The position numbers and the translations under genes were made by a program. A stretch of DNA of 59,669 nucleotides from a virus (Duplodnaviria > Caudoviricetes), in IMG/VR virus record IMGVR_UViG_3300030389_003133, positions 1 through 59,669 of that record. One strand, 5' to 3'. Shown here in pieces: positions 10,086-20,896 of this stretch (the first letter of the stretch is position 1; each line of letters begins with the position of its first letter). The notes beneath the pieces were generated by a model. The model worked only from the letters and a program-made list of their open reading frames with translations. It had not been told where the DNA came from and did no database searches.

Positions 10086-10919
10086 TTAAGGGAAAGATTT
10101 CATCACTTCAGATTCTACTGCAAAAAGCTCAGATGCATTTATTGCGGTAGTAGCCGGTAATGTAAGTTTAAACTCGCAGTAATGCCCGAGTAAACCATGT
10201 GATTCTGCTATAGGGTTTTTAATTGCTAAAAAATATGCGTCTTGGATAGGAATAGGAACGGCACCTACTACTGTTGGGTCAACAGTAATTTGATTTATAG
10301 GGTTAGGATAACCACCACCTACATATCCGTCCACTAAAATTTCAGTAATGACACCACAAAATTGTGGAGTATCGTACGGTGGTAGTGAAAAATATAAATT
10401 ATCACCAATACTTACTAATGAATTTAAACCTCCTACACTAAAAGGGAAATCTATTGTTGTGCCTAAAGGGTCATTAACAACAACATTACTTTTACCGATT
10501 CCTTGTAAAGAACGCAATTCAAACTGACCTTGAGTAACTTGAGCACCTGTATCACTGTTATTTCTTATAAAACCAAACCAATCACCTTCTTTTTTCTCAT
10601 ACCAATCAGCAGTAATATAACCATTGTTTTGTATGTCTGTATTGCCTTCAAACGTCCAAGCGTCATCACCTTCTAAGTTTATGGTCTTAAATATTTTATT
10701 TTCTACAGGAGCTTCGTTAAAAACGCTTGATATTGTAGATTCATAAGTTGTCCCATAAAAAGTATTGTAATTAGTGTTGACATTATGACGAAACAAATTA
10801 CCGCCTTTAAATGTGTAAAAGAATTGATTCATTCCAATCATATAGTCAGGGAAGAATGAATAAAATGATGGAAAGCCTTTTGAAGTTTCGCTATATGTTA
10901 AAGTATAATTTTGTGACAT
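10086..10919 (-). CDS. Tail stabilisation protein C-terminal-like subunit (277 aa)
   Basis: TLTYSE..GFPSFYSFFP..FYTFKGGNLFRHN..FYG..KIFKTINLEG resembles, from recollection, the C-terminal part of crAss-like stabilisation proteins. Confidence 0.55.
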   Translation of the reverse strand: MSQNYTLTYSETSKGFPSFYSFFPDYMIGMNQFFYTFKGGNLFRHNVNTNYNTFYGTTYESTISSVFNEAPVENKIFKTINLEGDDAWTFEGNTDIQNNGYITADWYEKKEGDWFGFIRNNSDTGAQVTQGQFELRSLQGIGKSNVVVNDPLGTTIDFPFSVGGLNSLVSIGDNLYFSLPPYDTPQFCGVITEILVDGYVGGGYPNPINQITVDPTVVGAVPIPIQDAYFLAIKNPIAESHGLLGHYCEFKLTLPATTAINASELFAVESEVMKSFP

Positions 10920-10929
10920 AATTTTAATT

Positions 10930-11862
10930 TTAAGTGCAAACAGTCATTGCGGTTATTATTCCATCTGTGCTTACTGTAATTTGTCTTCTTTGGCTTCCAA
11001 CTTCAATTACATATTGACCCGCAGGAACTTTAGTATTCCCTTGAGGGTCTTGAACAAAAAACTCATTTATCTGTGGGTCTCCTGCAGTACCACCTCTATT
11101 TGGTATGTTGTAGTAATCATTTGGTAAATTCTCTGTCAAACAAGGACCCGGTGCTAAACCTGAAGTATGAACACTTGTGAGGTCGATAGGACAATTAACT
11201 TCTAGATTCCATAGCGTTCCCGTGCAAGGACCAAAAATTTGTACTGTTACATTTTCGGGTACATTAAATGGTTTGGGTATATACAAGGTTGAATATCCCG
11301 GACTAGCAGCAGTTAATTTTACATCTCCTGAATCACCTGTTACAATTCCTTGACTTCCTGTATTTGTAAACCCGCTTCCATTAAACTCAAAAGTATTAAG
11401 ACCGCTATATCCTCCTCCATTTAAAGTAGCCCCAATACTACAGTCACTACCCTGAGCACCAATAAAAGTATAATGGTCAGAGTTGGGAGTATCAGAAGCT
11501 AAGTAACCAAATGAAGCACTTGTTAATTCATTATAAAATTGATTATTATATAAAACCCTAATACCATCCGGAACCGATTGAGCGTTAAAATAAATAATTA
11601 TACATCCGGTAGAGCTACCTGCAGAAAAAGTCACATCATATATTCCTTGACCACCATTTGCAAAAATAGCTTGACCACAAGGGAAAACGCAAGATGGGCA
11701 AACCACTGTGTTTGTTAGAAGTCCATTTACTTGTTCTCGTACAACTACACCATCAGAATAGAAACCATCGGGTGCGGCAGTAGTCATCTCGTCTGTAGTA
11801 AAGACCGCAGTTGCAACTTGTAAAGTTGAACCGTCTATAAAGTAATTTCCTAATGCAGCCAT
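10930..11862 (-). CDS. Tail-associated beta-rich structural protein (310 aa)
   Basis: G/S/T-rich beta composition, AAPDGFYSDG motif, located in the tail operon. Confidence 0.5.
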   Translation of the reverse strand: MAALGNYFIDGSTLQVATAVFTTDEMTTAAPDGFYSDGVVVREQVNGLLTNTVVCPSCVFPCGQAIFANGGQGIYDVTFSAGSSTGCIIIYFNAQSVPDGIRVLYNNQFYNELTSASFGYLASDTPNSDHYTFIGAQGSDCSIGATLNGGGYSGLNTFEFNGSGFTNTGSQGIVTGDSGDVKLTAASPGYSTLYIPKPFNVPENVTVQIFGPCTGTLWNLEVNCPIDLTSVHTSGLAPGPCLTENLPNDYYNIPNRGGTAGDPQINEFFVQDPQGNTKVPAGQYVIEVGSQRRQITVSTDGIITAMTVCT

Positions 11863-11866
11863 ATTA

Positions 11867-14800
11867 TTATTCTTGACATTGACAATCTGTTTTTACTATA
11901 GTTATACCCGGTGGTAGACTTACAAACTCTCTTACACAAAGGTCAAGACTTCCGTTCGCAGGTATATTATCTGTTATTATTCTAGCCCCAAAGCATCCTA
12001 CATAATCAACCTGTATCAAAAGTGAAGTAGTGTTTGTTACGGTATATTGTTGACAAACCTCAAAACACTCAGTAACAGTAGAAATGGACGCAATAACCTC
12101 TGTTGCGGATTGACTACTAACTGCCAATACTTCCCACACACAATTTGGACTACCCTGTAAATTTACAAAATCTCCAACATTGACTGTAATGCCGCCTAAA
12201 TTATTTGCAGCAATCACTGTTTGTGGGTTAGATTCTTCAGAACATTCTCTTAATGCGTAATTAGTTGCAGGTGGAGTAACATTACAATCGCAATCAGTCA
12301 ACAATAAATCTATATCTTGTGGTTGTTGAAGAGATGCACTTACACATATTATTTCTGTTTGACCTGCTTCAATAGTTATACTTTGCTGATTTCCGTCACA
12401 GTCTTGATATAAATATGTTTCAGATGAATTTCCAATATTTGATGCTTCATAAGTTTGACAAACTTGGTCACAATTAGTTAAAGGTGTACCTTTTGGTGTT
12501 GTGGCTATACCTGTAATCGTTACTCCGGTTACGTTAGCATTAACTCTATCTGTAACCTCCCACACACAATTAGGGTTGTTACTTAGATGAACAAAATCAC
12601 CAACTTGATAAGTCTCTGCAGGAACTACCTCGGTAACTCCACCGGGAGTGTCTAATCTGCACTGAGTAACTTCTAAATTATTTACCACACAATCAACTAA
12701 AGTCAATACCACTCCTGTAGCGGTGGTCAAAGCCGTAGCTGCAACAGTTATGGTGCCACCTGCCGGTATTGAAACGTTAACGGTTTGTCCCGCACAATTT
12801 GTGTATCCATATACTAGAGGACTCGCAGTGCTATTAAATACTGTGTACTCTTGACAAACTTGAGAACAGTCTGTAATATTATCTTCAAGTGTATTGAAGG
12901 TCGCCGTAGGTAATTGAGATGTTGTGCTTATAACTTCCCATATACAATCAGGTAAACCAATAATGGTTACAAAATCTCCTATTTTCAAAGTGTTAGAAGC
13001 AATAATCTTTGTAGCAGTTACTCCATCAGCTCTACATTGTCTAATTTCAAAATTATCAGGCACGTTACAACCGCATCCTGTAAGTTGAACCTCAATGTTG
13101 TCTGAAATCTGTGAAACAATATCTACTTGAGTACAAACATCTACACTTGAATTTGCAGGTACAACTAAACTTATATTTGTTCCACTACAATCCACATAAC
13201 CTACATTTCTGTCAGAATTGTTATTGTTAGTAATTGTATATGTGTTACATTGTTGATTACAATTAAATGAAGTTGAGAAAGAATCAAAACTAACCGGGCT
13301 ATCTGTTCCTGTATAAACTTTAGTAATTTGATAAGCACAACCACCAATAAATATATGGTCGCCAATAGATAATTGATTTAAAGTGTCTTGAATAACCACT
13401 GTCGCAGTCAAGCTCGTTGGTTTATTAGTGCTTTGAATCTCACATATATCTGCCTCATATAGAGTCAGGGCACAAACACAATCAGTTTGTGTTATGGTAT
13501 GAGAACCTCCTGAAATAGCAAACGGCGAACTTGTAGCACAGAAATTAAATGTTTCTCCAATACCAACAATTTCTTGAGTATTTTCACCATTACAATTTTC
13601 ATAATCAATAGTAGTAGGAGTATCAGGACTCGTATTAATTAATTGATAAGTTTGACAAAGGTCTGAGCAATCACTTATAGATGTTACAACAGTTTGAACA
13701 TCATATACCGCAGTAGCACTTGAGTTTATGTTTGTAACTTTCCACACACAAGCAGGACTTGTACCGTCATTTACTGTTACAAAGTCTCCTACACTTAGTT
13801 GGAATTTATCCTCATTTGCATGAGAGGTTACTGCAGGGGTTATAGCACTACATTTTTCAATATCAACCACACTGCTAGGAGGTAATACAGAACAAATACA
13901 ATCAGTTTTTGTAACGGTGAAATCTAAAACTGAATAAGTGGAGATTGATGTAGCACAGATAGTTTCGGTTGAACCTGCGTCTACAACAATGGATTGTAAG
14001 GCTCCTTCACAGTCTCCATAATTTAATGTTTGTTGCGAACCTGAAATGTTAGCAACAGTATAAGTTTGACAAACTTGATTACAGTTTGTTATATCGCTTC
14101 TAACCGTCGTAACACTTGCGTTTGCAGCGTCCGTTGAGTTTTGTATAACTTCATATACACATCCTGCTCCGCCTAAATTAATTTCTACAAAAGAACCTAC
14201 TACTAAACCTTGTGTCTGAGTTATTACATATTCTTGTGGAGTAGTATTTAAACTAGCAGTACATTCTCTTACTAACAACTGAGTTGCTGAACAATCACAA
14301 CAAGCATCAAACTGACTCGTTCCTAAACATAGTTCTATTGCAGTTGGTCTTCTATAATTATATAATAAATATAAAAAGTCCTCACCTGTATTTGGCATAG
14401 CAAAGTCTGCTTGATAAGCATTAGGTCCACCTAAAATTGGAGTGGCTCTTGTAGCTGCCGCTAGTAAAGCAGCCATATCATTTGGTGTGTTTGCATAAAA
14501 AGTATTTGTTCTTAAATACAATAACTCATCTATACTAGGGTCAAACACATAATCATCAACCGGTTGTATTCTGTTGGATGTGATAGTAACTGTAGCAGTA
14601 TCTGAAGGAATGAAGCCTCCTCCTTGTGGACCGGACAATTGTTCGTATTGAGATATTAAAGGGTTTTGATTGCCACTAGCTAACTCTACTTGAGAACTAT
14701 GTAATGGGGAAACAAAAGCTCCATCTATCCAACTATATTCATTATGAATGAATTTACCTGCATCAGCATCTAAAGAATAACAAACTTGTATAATAGTAAT

Positions 14801-17800
14801 TTCTTTTTTTGAAGGACAATTTACAGTAACCTCTAAATCTACAGAACCTGCAGCTATTACTACAATGTCAATAGTATCTTCTGAAACTGTATCTTTATCT
14901 ACAATAAAAGAGCCTGAAGTAGTTGTAGAACCTGAACCAAATGAAACACCGTTGTATTCAGCCGCAACACTAAAACTTCCTGAGTTGTTAATCACCTTGT
15001 AATCCACAACAACATTACCTACAAGACTACCAACATCTACACAAAAAGTGCTAGAGTTTTGAGATGTCACTGACAATGTTCTTGTTATACCACACTCAAT
15101 ACATGGTATGTCTATAGGTAACGGTTCTTCATTTGCACTTAATACAAACTCATTCATATAAGGGTCGTACCCTCCTAATTTTTGAGTATTGAAAGAATTT
15201 AAAAATAAATCTCTAAACCAAGAACGCATACCTGATTCTGAAATAACTGCTAACGCTTCGCTTTGTCCTGAGTTACCTTTTAGTTGAATAACTGCTCCTC
15301 GTTTTGCGTCTGTAAAAAATTTATTGGGACCCCATTTAGCATAACTTTCAGGGTTATGACTAATACCATATTCTTCGATTCTAGCTATCTGAGTACCTAA
15401 AACTTCAGGAACAGAAGCTACTTGACCTCCTCCTGCAGAATCTGATAATAAGTTTTTACCGGCAAGAACATAAGATATTTTATCTTCTTGTAATGTAAGA
15501 ATATCTGTTTCTCTTGCGTCTAGTTTCTGTACGGGACCAAAACTTTCTTCAAGAGGTTTGAAGTTTAATAAACCAAGATTAAACTCGTTTAATTTATTTA
15601 CGTTTGACTCATCATTAAACACACCACTGTATGTTAAATCGGCAAATCTAAACATTTGTTGATAGTCTTGATTGTTGGTAGAAAAAACTCGATTTCCTAA
15701 CTCAAGAGGTTTGCCTTTTATTGAATCTAATACTTGAAAACTTTCAACCCCATTACCCATAGAATAGCAGTTGAAAAACTCTGTATCTATTATTGCAGGA
15801 AGACTTGAACTTTGATTTTGAACATTTCCTGTGTGAGTACCTTCAGCTAATGGAAAACTATCTATTGTTATATTTGCAGTATCAACAGGTGGAGTGGAAG
15901 GGTTTGTTGCCATACTTCCACAAATACCACTTATACCTGTAATTGTTTGGCTTGGTTGAACAATAACTGAAGCTGCAGCATTGTTTAAATCTAAGTAATC
16001 AAATTGAATAGGTTGAGGTTCGTCTGTATCAACTTGTAAACTAAACTCACACTTATCAGTTCCTTGTATTATTGGGTATGAAATAGCACTCTCATACCAA
16101 ACATCAGGTAAAGCATCTTGAGGTTTCGTCTCAAAAGCAATTAAGTTTGCAGTTCTAATAACTTCAATCTGAATTGTTAAACGAGTATTTTTTCTGCTTC
16201 CTGAATAACCTTTTGTACTTTTAAACGTTAAGACAGTACATCCATTTATATCCCTAAACCCTGCATAAAATCTACCTACACTACAACTACCTAAGTTGTT
16301 ACCGCCATTAGGACCTGATATATATTCAAACTCTACATTTGTTCCACTGTCATCTCCGTTACCGGTTATTGCTTGTGCAATGTTGTCACCATTAAACCAA
16401 TCTTGAAAATTATCATAATCTTGAGAAGCGACATAAGTACCCTCTGAAATAAAACTTCTTCTCGATACATTGTTTTTACCATTTCTAAAGTTTTCAATAA
16501 AAATTCTAACACGTGAACCTGCAGGTATAGTATAATCTATACAGGTACCCGGATTAGCAGGGTCATCTATTGTTACGGGATAATTAATAATTCTACAACC
16601 GCTTCCTTTACTTGATTTTCTACCGGGGTTTACTACAGGTGTTTCGTCCTGAGTAATAGAAAACTCATTAGCTCTCATTTTCATATATACTCCTGAAACT
16701 AAGGGTATCTCTACACCACCTGCATCTGTTGGAGGGGGTTGAATAAATTCTCTTGGTTGAGATTTTTTTTCTAAGACAGTAGCGAATGCACATCTATTCA
16801 AAGGACCGGTTGTGTCAGTTTTTACTTGCAATATATCTCCTTCATCAATTTTTTGAGCATTTTCCCCTTCAAGTAAAAAGTAATCAAACCCCGAAGATTG
16901 GTCTCTAAAAAAGAAATTACTATATACGTTAAACCCTCCTTCTTTATCAGCTTTTATGCAAAACTTATATCGTGTTGCCCAAGATGGTGCAATTTGTTGT
17001 GTTGGTATATTAACTCTAATTTGGTTTTGAAGGTCTGATTTTGCACATGGAACACTTACGGTATTGTTTTCGCTAACTTGAACTGTAGTTGCTCTATTAA
17101 AATCATCCATATATACAATACCCACTTCATAACTTCTGTTGGAATGTAAACTTCTTGGATTACCTATTTGTTGGTAAACCACATCTCCTGCCGATATTTT
17201 ATAATATTCAAAAACTCTTTGAGTAATCGCAGCACCTGTAGGGTCGTCAACAAATTCTGCGGCTAATAATTGTATATTTAATATTTGACTTCCTGCAACG
17301 TGATATATCAATAAAGGTTGACCTCCACTTGTAATACCACTATCAAATTTAGTAAGAGCGTCTAAAGTTTGAGGTATAATACAATTAAATTCATCAGTAA
17401 AAGTTCCACCATCACAAGCGTCTGCCATGGGTTGAATTGTAGTAACAGTTCCTATTCTATCTTGGAATTGTTGGCTATTGACTAACTCGGTTAGATTTGC
17501 ATAATCTTGTTGTAAAATAAAATCAAAAGATATTTCACTGTTTTGTGTTGTTTCTGTAGGAAAAGGTTGTTGACCGGTAAATTGTGAGTGGTCAAAATTT
17601 AGTTGAATACTAAACGAAGAGTCTTTTGTAAACTGTATCGGTGATAAAGGAGTTCCTATGTCCCCAAAGTCAATGGATAAAACAGACTCAGCTATAGTTA
17701 CAGTTCCATTTATTTGATAGGTTCCTGATATACTTTCATCTTCTAATGCAGCAAGACCAATTTCGTCTGACACAAGTTCCGTTGTATATCTTAATTGAGT

Positions 17801-18934
17801 TGGCTGACCACCTGCAGTAGTTAAGTCTCTCTGCTCTATATAATTTCCGTAAACAAGTCTATTGCCCATAAGAGTTTGTGCTTGAGCAAATAAAGGAACA
17901 TTGTCATACAATCTTAGTATTTCACTTGTGGGTAGTATCGTAAAGATTTTACTGTTGCTAAATGTATAATCGTATTCGGTATCATTAAATAAACCTAAAT
18001 CTTCTTTATTAAGTTTTTCAATAACTTTAATAACTCCCGTATCCATGTCTTTCCACAATAAATCTACACCGATAACTAAAGGACCTCCTGAATTATAAGT
18101 AATTACACATTGATTTGCCGTATTTTCCATACCATCATTCAATCCTGTTGCTGAATTATAATTAAATGGACCGGGTAAAAATGCCGGACTAGAGAATTGA
18201 GATGTAGCTGAATATTCATTATCAGCATACTTATACCTATAAGCAAAACAACAAAACCTGTCTTCAATAAAATTATTTTGTGAAGCAGTTGCTTGAGGAG
18301 TAACGATTGGTGAATTTAACGGCGGTTTTTTTATAACAAGAATAGCTTCTTGTAATATTTGTGGGAAACCATTATTATCCGTTAAGGATACAGTATTGTT
18401 TGTAGAGGGGTCGGCATATCCGCTAGTTTCATCACCACCTCTCAAAACATTTATAAACCTTGGTGGGTTATAATTATCAGTAAAAAATAACAAAGTTGAA
18501 TCTACAAAATTAACTCCGGTTATTAAATAATCCTCGTTAAAATTCAAAGTTGTGTTTACACCCCCTCCATCATTAACACTTATAATGTGATACGTTAAAA
18601 CATTTTGTTCAACATTTAATGAAACAATTAAGTCTAACTTACCTGTTGGGCTTGAAGAAAATTGTGGGTCGTGAACAAACCAATAGATAGTTTCGTTTGC
18701 TCCATCTTCCAAAGCACCTATACATTTGGCTTCACTTGACAAAGGGTTTCCATCATATTCAAGAGCAGTCAAAGCTACGTTACCTTTGGCATTCTCTACC
18801 GAACCAATCTCGGTTTCTTCTGTAGAACCTAATCTAACGTTTAAAGCATCGACATATTGACCATTAGGAATAAGTCTCTCGTCGAGACCTTTGTTCATTA
18901 TACCCGCTATAAAATTTCTTTGAGTTGTAGGCAT
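11867..18934 (-). CDS. Tail stabilisation/tubular B-like protein with C-terminal Cys-rich repeats (2355 aa)
   Basis: N-terminal NFIAGIMNKGLDERLIPNGQYVDALNVR; FAYRYKY, GNRLVYGNY, YGISHNPES and GGYDPY motifs; six ~130-aa Cys repeats at the C-terminus. Confidence 0.7.
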   Translation of the reverse strand: MPTTQRNFIAGIMNKGLDERLIPNGQYVDALNVRLGSTEETEIGSVENAKGNVALTALEYDGNPLSSEAKCIGALEDGANETIYWFVHDPQFSSSPTGKLDLIVSLNVEQNVLTYHIISVNDGGGVNTTLNFNEDYLITGVNFVDSTLLFFTDNYNPPRFINVLRGGDETSGYADPSTNNTVSLTDNNGFPQILQEAILVIKKPPLNSPIVTPQATASQNNFIEDRFCCFAYRYKYADNEYSATSQFSSPAFLPGPFNYNSATGLNDGMENTANQCVITYNSGGPLVIGVDLLWKDMDTGVIKVIEKLNKEDLGLFNDTEYDYTFSNSKIFTILPTSEILRLYDNVPLFAQAQTLMGNRLVYGNYIEQRDLTTAGGQPTQLRYTTELVSDEIGLAALEDESISGTYQINGTVTIAESVLSIDFGDIGTPLSPIQFTKDSSFSIQLNFDHSQFTGQQPFPTETTQNSEISFDFILQQDYANLTELVNSQQFQDRIGTVTTIQPMADACDGGTFTDEFNCIIPQTLDALTKFDSGITSGGQPLLIYHVAGSQILNIQLLAAEFVDDPTGAAITQRVFEYYKISAGDVVYQQIGNPRSLHSNRSYEVGIVYMDDFNRATTVQVSENNTVSVPCAKSDLQNQIRVNIPTQQIAPSWATRYKFCIKADKEGGFNVYSNFFFRDQSSGFDYFLLEGENAQKIDEGDILQVKTDTTGPLNRCAFATVLEKKSQPREFIQPPPTDAGGVEIPLVSGVYMKMRANEFSITQDETPVVNPGRKSSKGSGCRIINYPVTIDDPANPGTCIDYTIPAGSRVRIFIENFRNGKNNVSRRSFISEGTYVASQDYDNFQDWFNGDNIAQAITGNGDDSGTNVEFEYISGPNGGNNLGSCSVGRFYAGFRDINGCTVLTFKSTKGYSGSRKNTRLTIQIEVIRTANLIAFETKPQDALPDVWYESAISYPIIQGTDKCEFSLQVDTDEPQPIQFDYLDLNNAAASVIVQPSQTITGISGICGSMATNPSTPPVDTANITIDSFPLAEGTHTGNVQNQSSSLPAIIDTEFFNCYSMGNGVESFQVLDSIKGKPLELGNRVFSTNNQDYQQMFRFADLTYSGVFNDESNVNKLNEFNLGLLNFKPLEESFGPVQKLDARETDILTLQEDKISYVLAGKNLLSDSAGGGQVASVPEVLGTQIARIEEYGISHNPESYAKWGPNKFFTDAKRGAVIQLKGNSGQSEALAVISESGMRSWFRDLFLNSFNTQKLGGYDPYMNEFVLSANEEPLPIDIPCIECGITRTLSVTSQNSSTFCVDVGSLVGNVVVDYKVINNSGSFSVAAEYNGVSFGSGSTTTSGSFIVDKDTVSEDTIDIVVIAAGSVDLEVTVNCPSKKEITIIQVCYSLDADAGKFIHNEYSWIDGAFVSPLHSSQVELASGNQNPLISQYEQLSGPQGGGFIPSDTATVTITSNRIQPVDDYVFDPSIDELLYLRTNTFYANTPNDMAALLAAATRATPILGGPNAYQADFAMPNTGEDFLYLLYNYRRPTAIELCLGTSQFDACCDCSATQLLVRECTASLNTTPQEYVITQTQGLVVGSFVEINLGGAGCVYEVIQNSTDAANASVTTVRSDITNCNQVCQTYTVANISGSQQTLNYGDCEGALQSIVVDAGSTETICATSISTYSVLDFTVTKTDCICSVLPPSSVVDIEKCSAITPAVTSHANEDKFQLSVGDFVTVNDGTSPACVWKVTNINSSATAVYDVQTVVTSISDCSDLCQTYQLINTSPDTPTTIDYENCNGENTQEIVGIGETFNFCATSSPFAISGGSHTITQTDCVCALTLYEADICEIQSTNKPTSLTATVVIQDTLNQLSIGDHIFIGGCAYQITKVYTGTDSPVSFDSFSTSFNCNQQCNTYTITNNNNSDRNVGYVDCSGTNISLVVPANSSVDVCTQVDIVSQISDNIEVQLTGCGCNVPDNFEIRQCRADGVTATKIIASNTLKIGDFVTIIGLPDCIWEVISTTSQLPTATFNTLEDNITDCSQVCQEYTVFNSTASPLVYGYTNCAGQTVNVSIPAGGTITVAATALTTATGVVLTLVDCVVNNLEVTQCRLDTPGGVTEVVPAETYQVGDFVHLSNNPNCVWEVTDRVNANVTGVTITGIATTPKGTPLTNCDQVCQTYEASNIGNSSETYLYQDCDGNQQSITIEAGQTEIICVSASLQQPQDIDLLLTDCDCNVTPPATNYALRECSEESNPQTVIAANNLGGITVNVGDFVNLQGSPNCVWEVLAVSSQSATEVIASISTVTECFEVCQQYTVTNTTSLLIQVDYVGCFGARIITDNIPANGSLDLCVREFVSLPPGITIVKTDCQCQE

Positions 18935-18935
18935 A

Positions 18936-19859
18936 TTACTTTATCCATTTATTTATTCCTCTTATGTTCATCAATAAACGACCCGGATGTATATTACTTA
19001 TTCTTATCTTAGCGTTTCTTAATAATGCACTTTTTCTTTTTTGTGCTCTAGCTATTACATACTGTTGAACTCCTTGTTTAGAACCAAGGATAGCATATTC
19101 AATGTAAGCGTATATATAATCTTCAAACAACTTGTTTACAGTTATTTCTGTATTATCACCATTCTCCATCCCATCTGAAACATATTCTAATACAATGCTA
19201 TGGTTTGCCAAATCTGAACTAAAATTAATAACTCCTCCTTTTTTGTCAATACTAAAAGTAGGGTTGGCATTAGCCGTTTCTGTGTTCAAACCATATCTTG
19301 CTCCTATCTCATAATCGAAGTACCACATCCCGTCACAACAATATCCTTCAAATCCATGAAAGGGATTGTTAGAGTTTAAATAAATTGATTTTTTACCACC
19401 CTTGATTCTGTCTATATCTATTTCAGAAAACTGTGGGCTTAGTGCATTACCATCTTGGTCAAAAAGTATATTACAATTATTGTCTTGTAAATATGCACTA
19501 CTCCAATTAGTTTGAATGTTTTCTGTCAAAGGATACAGTAAACCATTTTTATAACAAGATATTCTAACCCAATTGACGTAGTCTGAAGGTAAAACATATC
19601 TTAATGTGTTACAAACCGTAAGTTGTAAAATCTTAATCTCTTTGAATGCATCGTAATTCAGTTCTTGTATTCCCCTTTTTGCATGAAACAACACCTTATA
19701 TCTTTCTTCGTTATTTACCAAAGAGTGATTACCGGCATACATTAACATAAAATTGTTTACAATATCATACAATGAGACATATTGATATGAACCCCAATTT
19801 TTATTTTCAGGTTGATTACCGTTGTTTTCATAATATTCATATTGTGATATATAAGCCAT
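18936..19859 (-). CDS. Tail ring/connector structural protein (307 aa)
   Basis: LPSDYVNWVRI and VLEYVSDG motifs; position between capsid and stabilisation genes. Confidence 0.55.
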   Translation of the reverse strand: MAYISQYEYYENNGNQPENKNWGSYQYVSLYDIVNNFMLMYAGNHSLVNNEERYKVLFHAKRGIQELNYDAFKEIKILQLTVCNTLRYVLPSDYVNWVRISCYKNGLLYPLTENIQTNWSSAYLQDNNCNILFDQDGNALSPQFSEIDIDRIKGGKKSIYLNSNNPFHGFEGYCCDGMWYFDYEIGARYGLNTETANANPTFSIDKKGGVINFSSDLANHSIVLEYVSDGMENGDNTEITVNKLFEDYIYAYIEYAILGSKQGVQQYVIARAQKRKSALLRNAKIRISNIHPGRLLMNIRGINKWIK

Positions 19860-19864
19860 AGTTA

Positions 19865-20809
19865 TTATTTTTCAGAGGTTGCTTCTTGTTGTTCTAATCC
19901 TTGTCCAAACTGCACTGCTGCCACTTCTCTGATTGACATTCCTGCATATTGTAAAATCTTTATAACCAAAGTTGGCTCGTCAGATATACTTAATTCAAAA
20001 TCTTGATAATCATTTTGTGATGGGTCAAAAGATGGTTCGCCACCGACGAGGTTTACAAAGGTCCATTTAGGGTCTTTAGGGTATCTTATATACTGACATA
20101 AAACCGCTCCTATGGTATTTATGCTTACCGGAAACAAAGATAAGGTTGGTTCTTGTTGGGTGTAAGCGGGGAACATAGTGGATGGAGCAGTGAGCAAAGA
20201 GTTATTAAGCATCGTTATTTTGCTTTGTGTAACCTTTTCAGCTTCATTTACCACACTATCATCATATATAACATATCCTTCAGGAAAAGTCAAAAATATG
20301 TCAGCATCAAGTTGTAATGTTGTAGCGTTGATTACGCTTGTTACTTTTGCGGTTTGATTGGTAAGAATGTTACCAACTATATCTCCTGCAGAAACACCTG
20401 ATGCAATAAAATCAACAGTTCCATCAATCAATTGATTTGCTACTACTTGGTCGTTAACACCATTTGCTAGTTGTCTTGTGTATGCTAGAACCTTATTTAA
20501 CAAATAATAATTATCATTTGTGGTGGTTGGGCTTGGAGTAAAAAATTTATTCGCACCATTATGTATTAAAAAGTTTTCTACTGAAAAAATATTTATTACT
20601 TCTTCATATCCCTTTGTAATATCCGCATAGCCGGTTCCGGATGCACGAGCATTTTCTTTATTAAGTTGATAGTTATACTGATAAAAATAATCTTCAAAAA
20701 TATCTAATTGAGCTTGTTTAGCAAAAAGATTAAAGTCTGACGGGGAGATGTACCCATAATTATTTTTATTAAGTATAGACAATACTGTATTTCTAACCGA
20801 GTTTATCAT
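19865..20809 (-). CDS. Head-tail ring/adaptor protein (314 aa)
   Basis: ILNKNNYGYISPSDFNLFAKQAQ and YIRYPKDPKW motifs; gene position. Confidence 0.6.
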   Translation of the reverse strand: MINSVRNTVLSILNKNNYGYISPSDFNLFAKQAQLDIFEDYFYQYNYQLNKENARASGTGYADITKGYEEVINIFSVENFLIHNGANKFFTPSPTTTNDNYYLLNKVLAYTRQLANGVNDQVVANQLIDGTVDFIASGVSAGDIVGNILTNQTAKVTSVINATTLQLDADIFLTFPEGYVIYDDSVVNEAEKVTQSKITMLNNSLLTAPSTMFPAYTQQEPTLSLFPVSINTIGAVLCQYIRYPKDPKWTFVNLVGGEPSFDPSQNDYQDFELSISDEPTLVIKILQYAGMSIREVAAVQFGQGLEQQEATSEK

Positions 20810-20825
20810 CTATAAATCTTTTATA

Positions 20826-20833
20826 CAAAGATA
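20826..20833 (-). promoter_or_regulatory. -7 box TATCTTTG
   Basis: Intergenic, upstream of the 20809 start. Confidence 0.6.
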
Positions 20834-20836
20834 AAC

Positions 20837-20869
20837 AAAAAAAAAGAGGACTTCTTAAAAGACCTCTTT
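20837..20869 (-). terminator. Rho-independent terminator candidate
   Basis: AAAGAGG/CCTCTTT inverted repeat followed by a U-tract on the minus strand, after the 244-aa gene. Confidence 0.55.
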
Positions 20870-20896
20870 CTTAACAAACAATCAAAACAACACTAA

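Noticed and set aside
11867-14285. Cys repeats as a diversity-generating retroelement target
   Set aside because: No reverse transcriptase and no near-identical TR/VR pair seen
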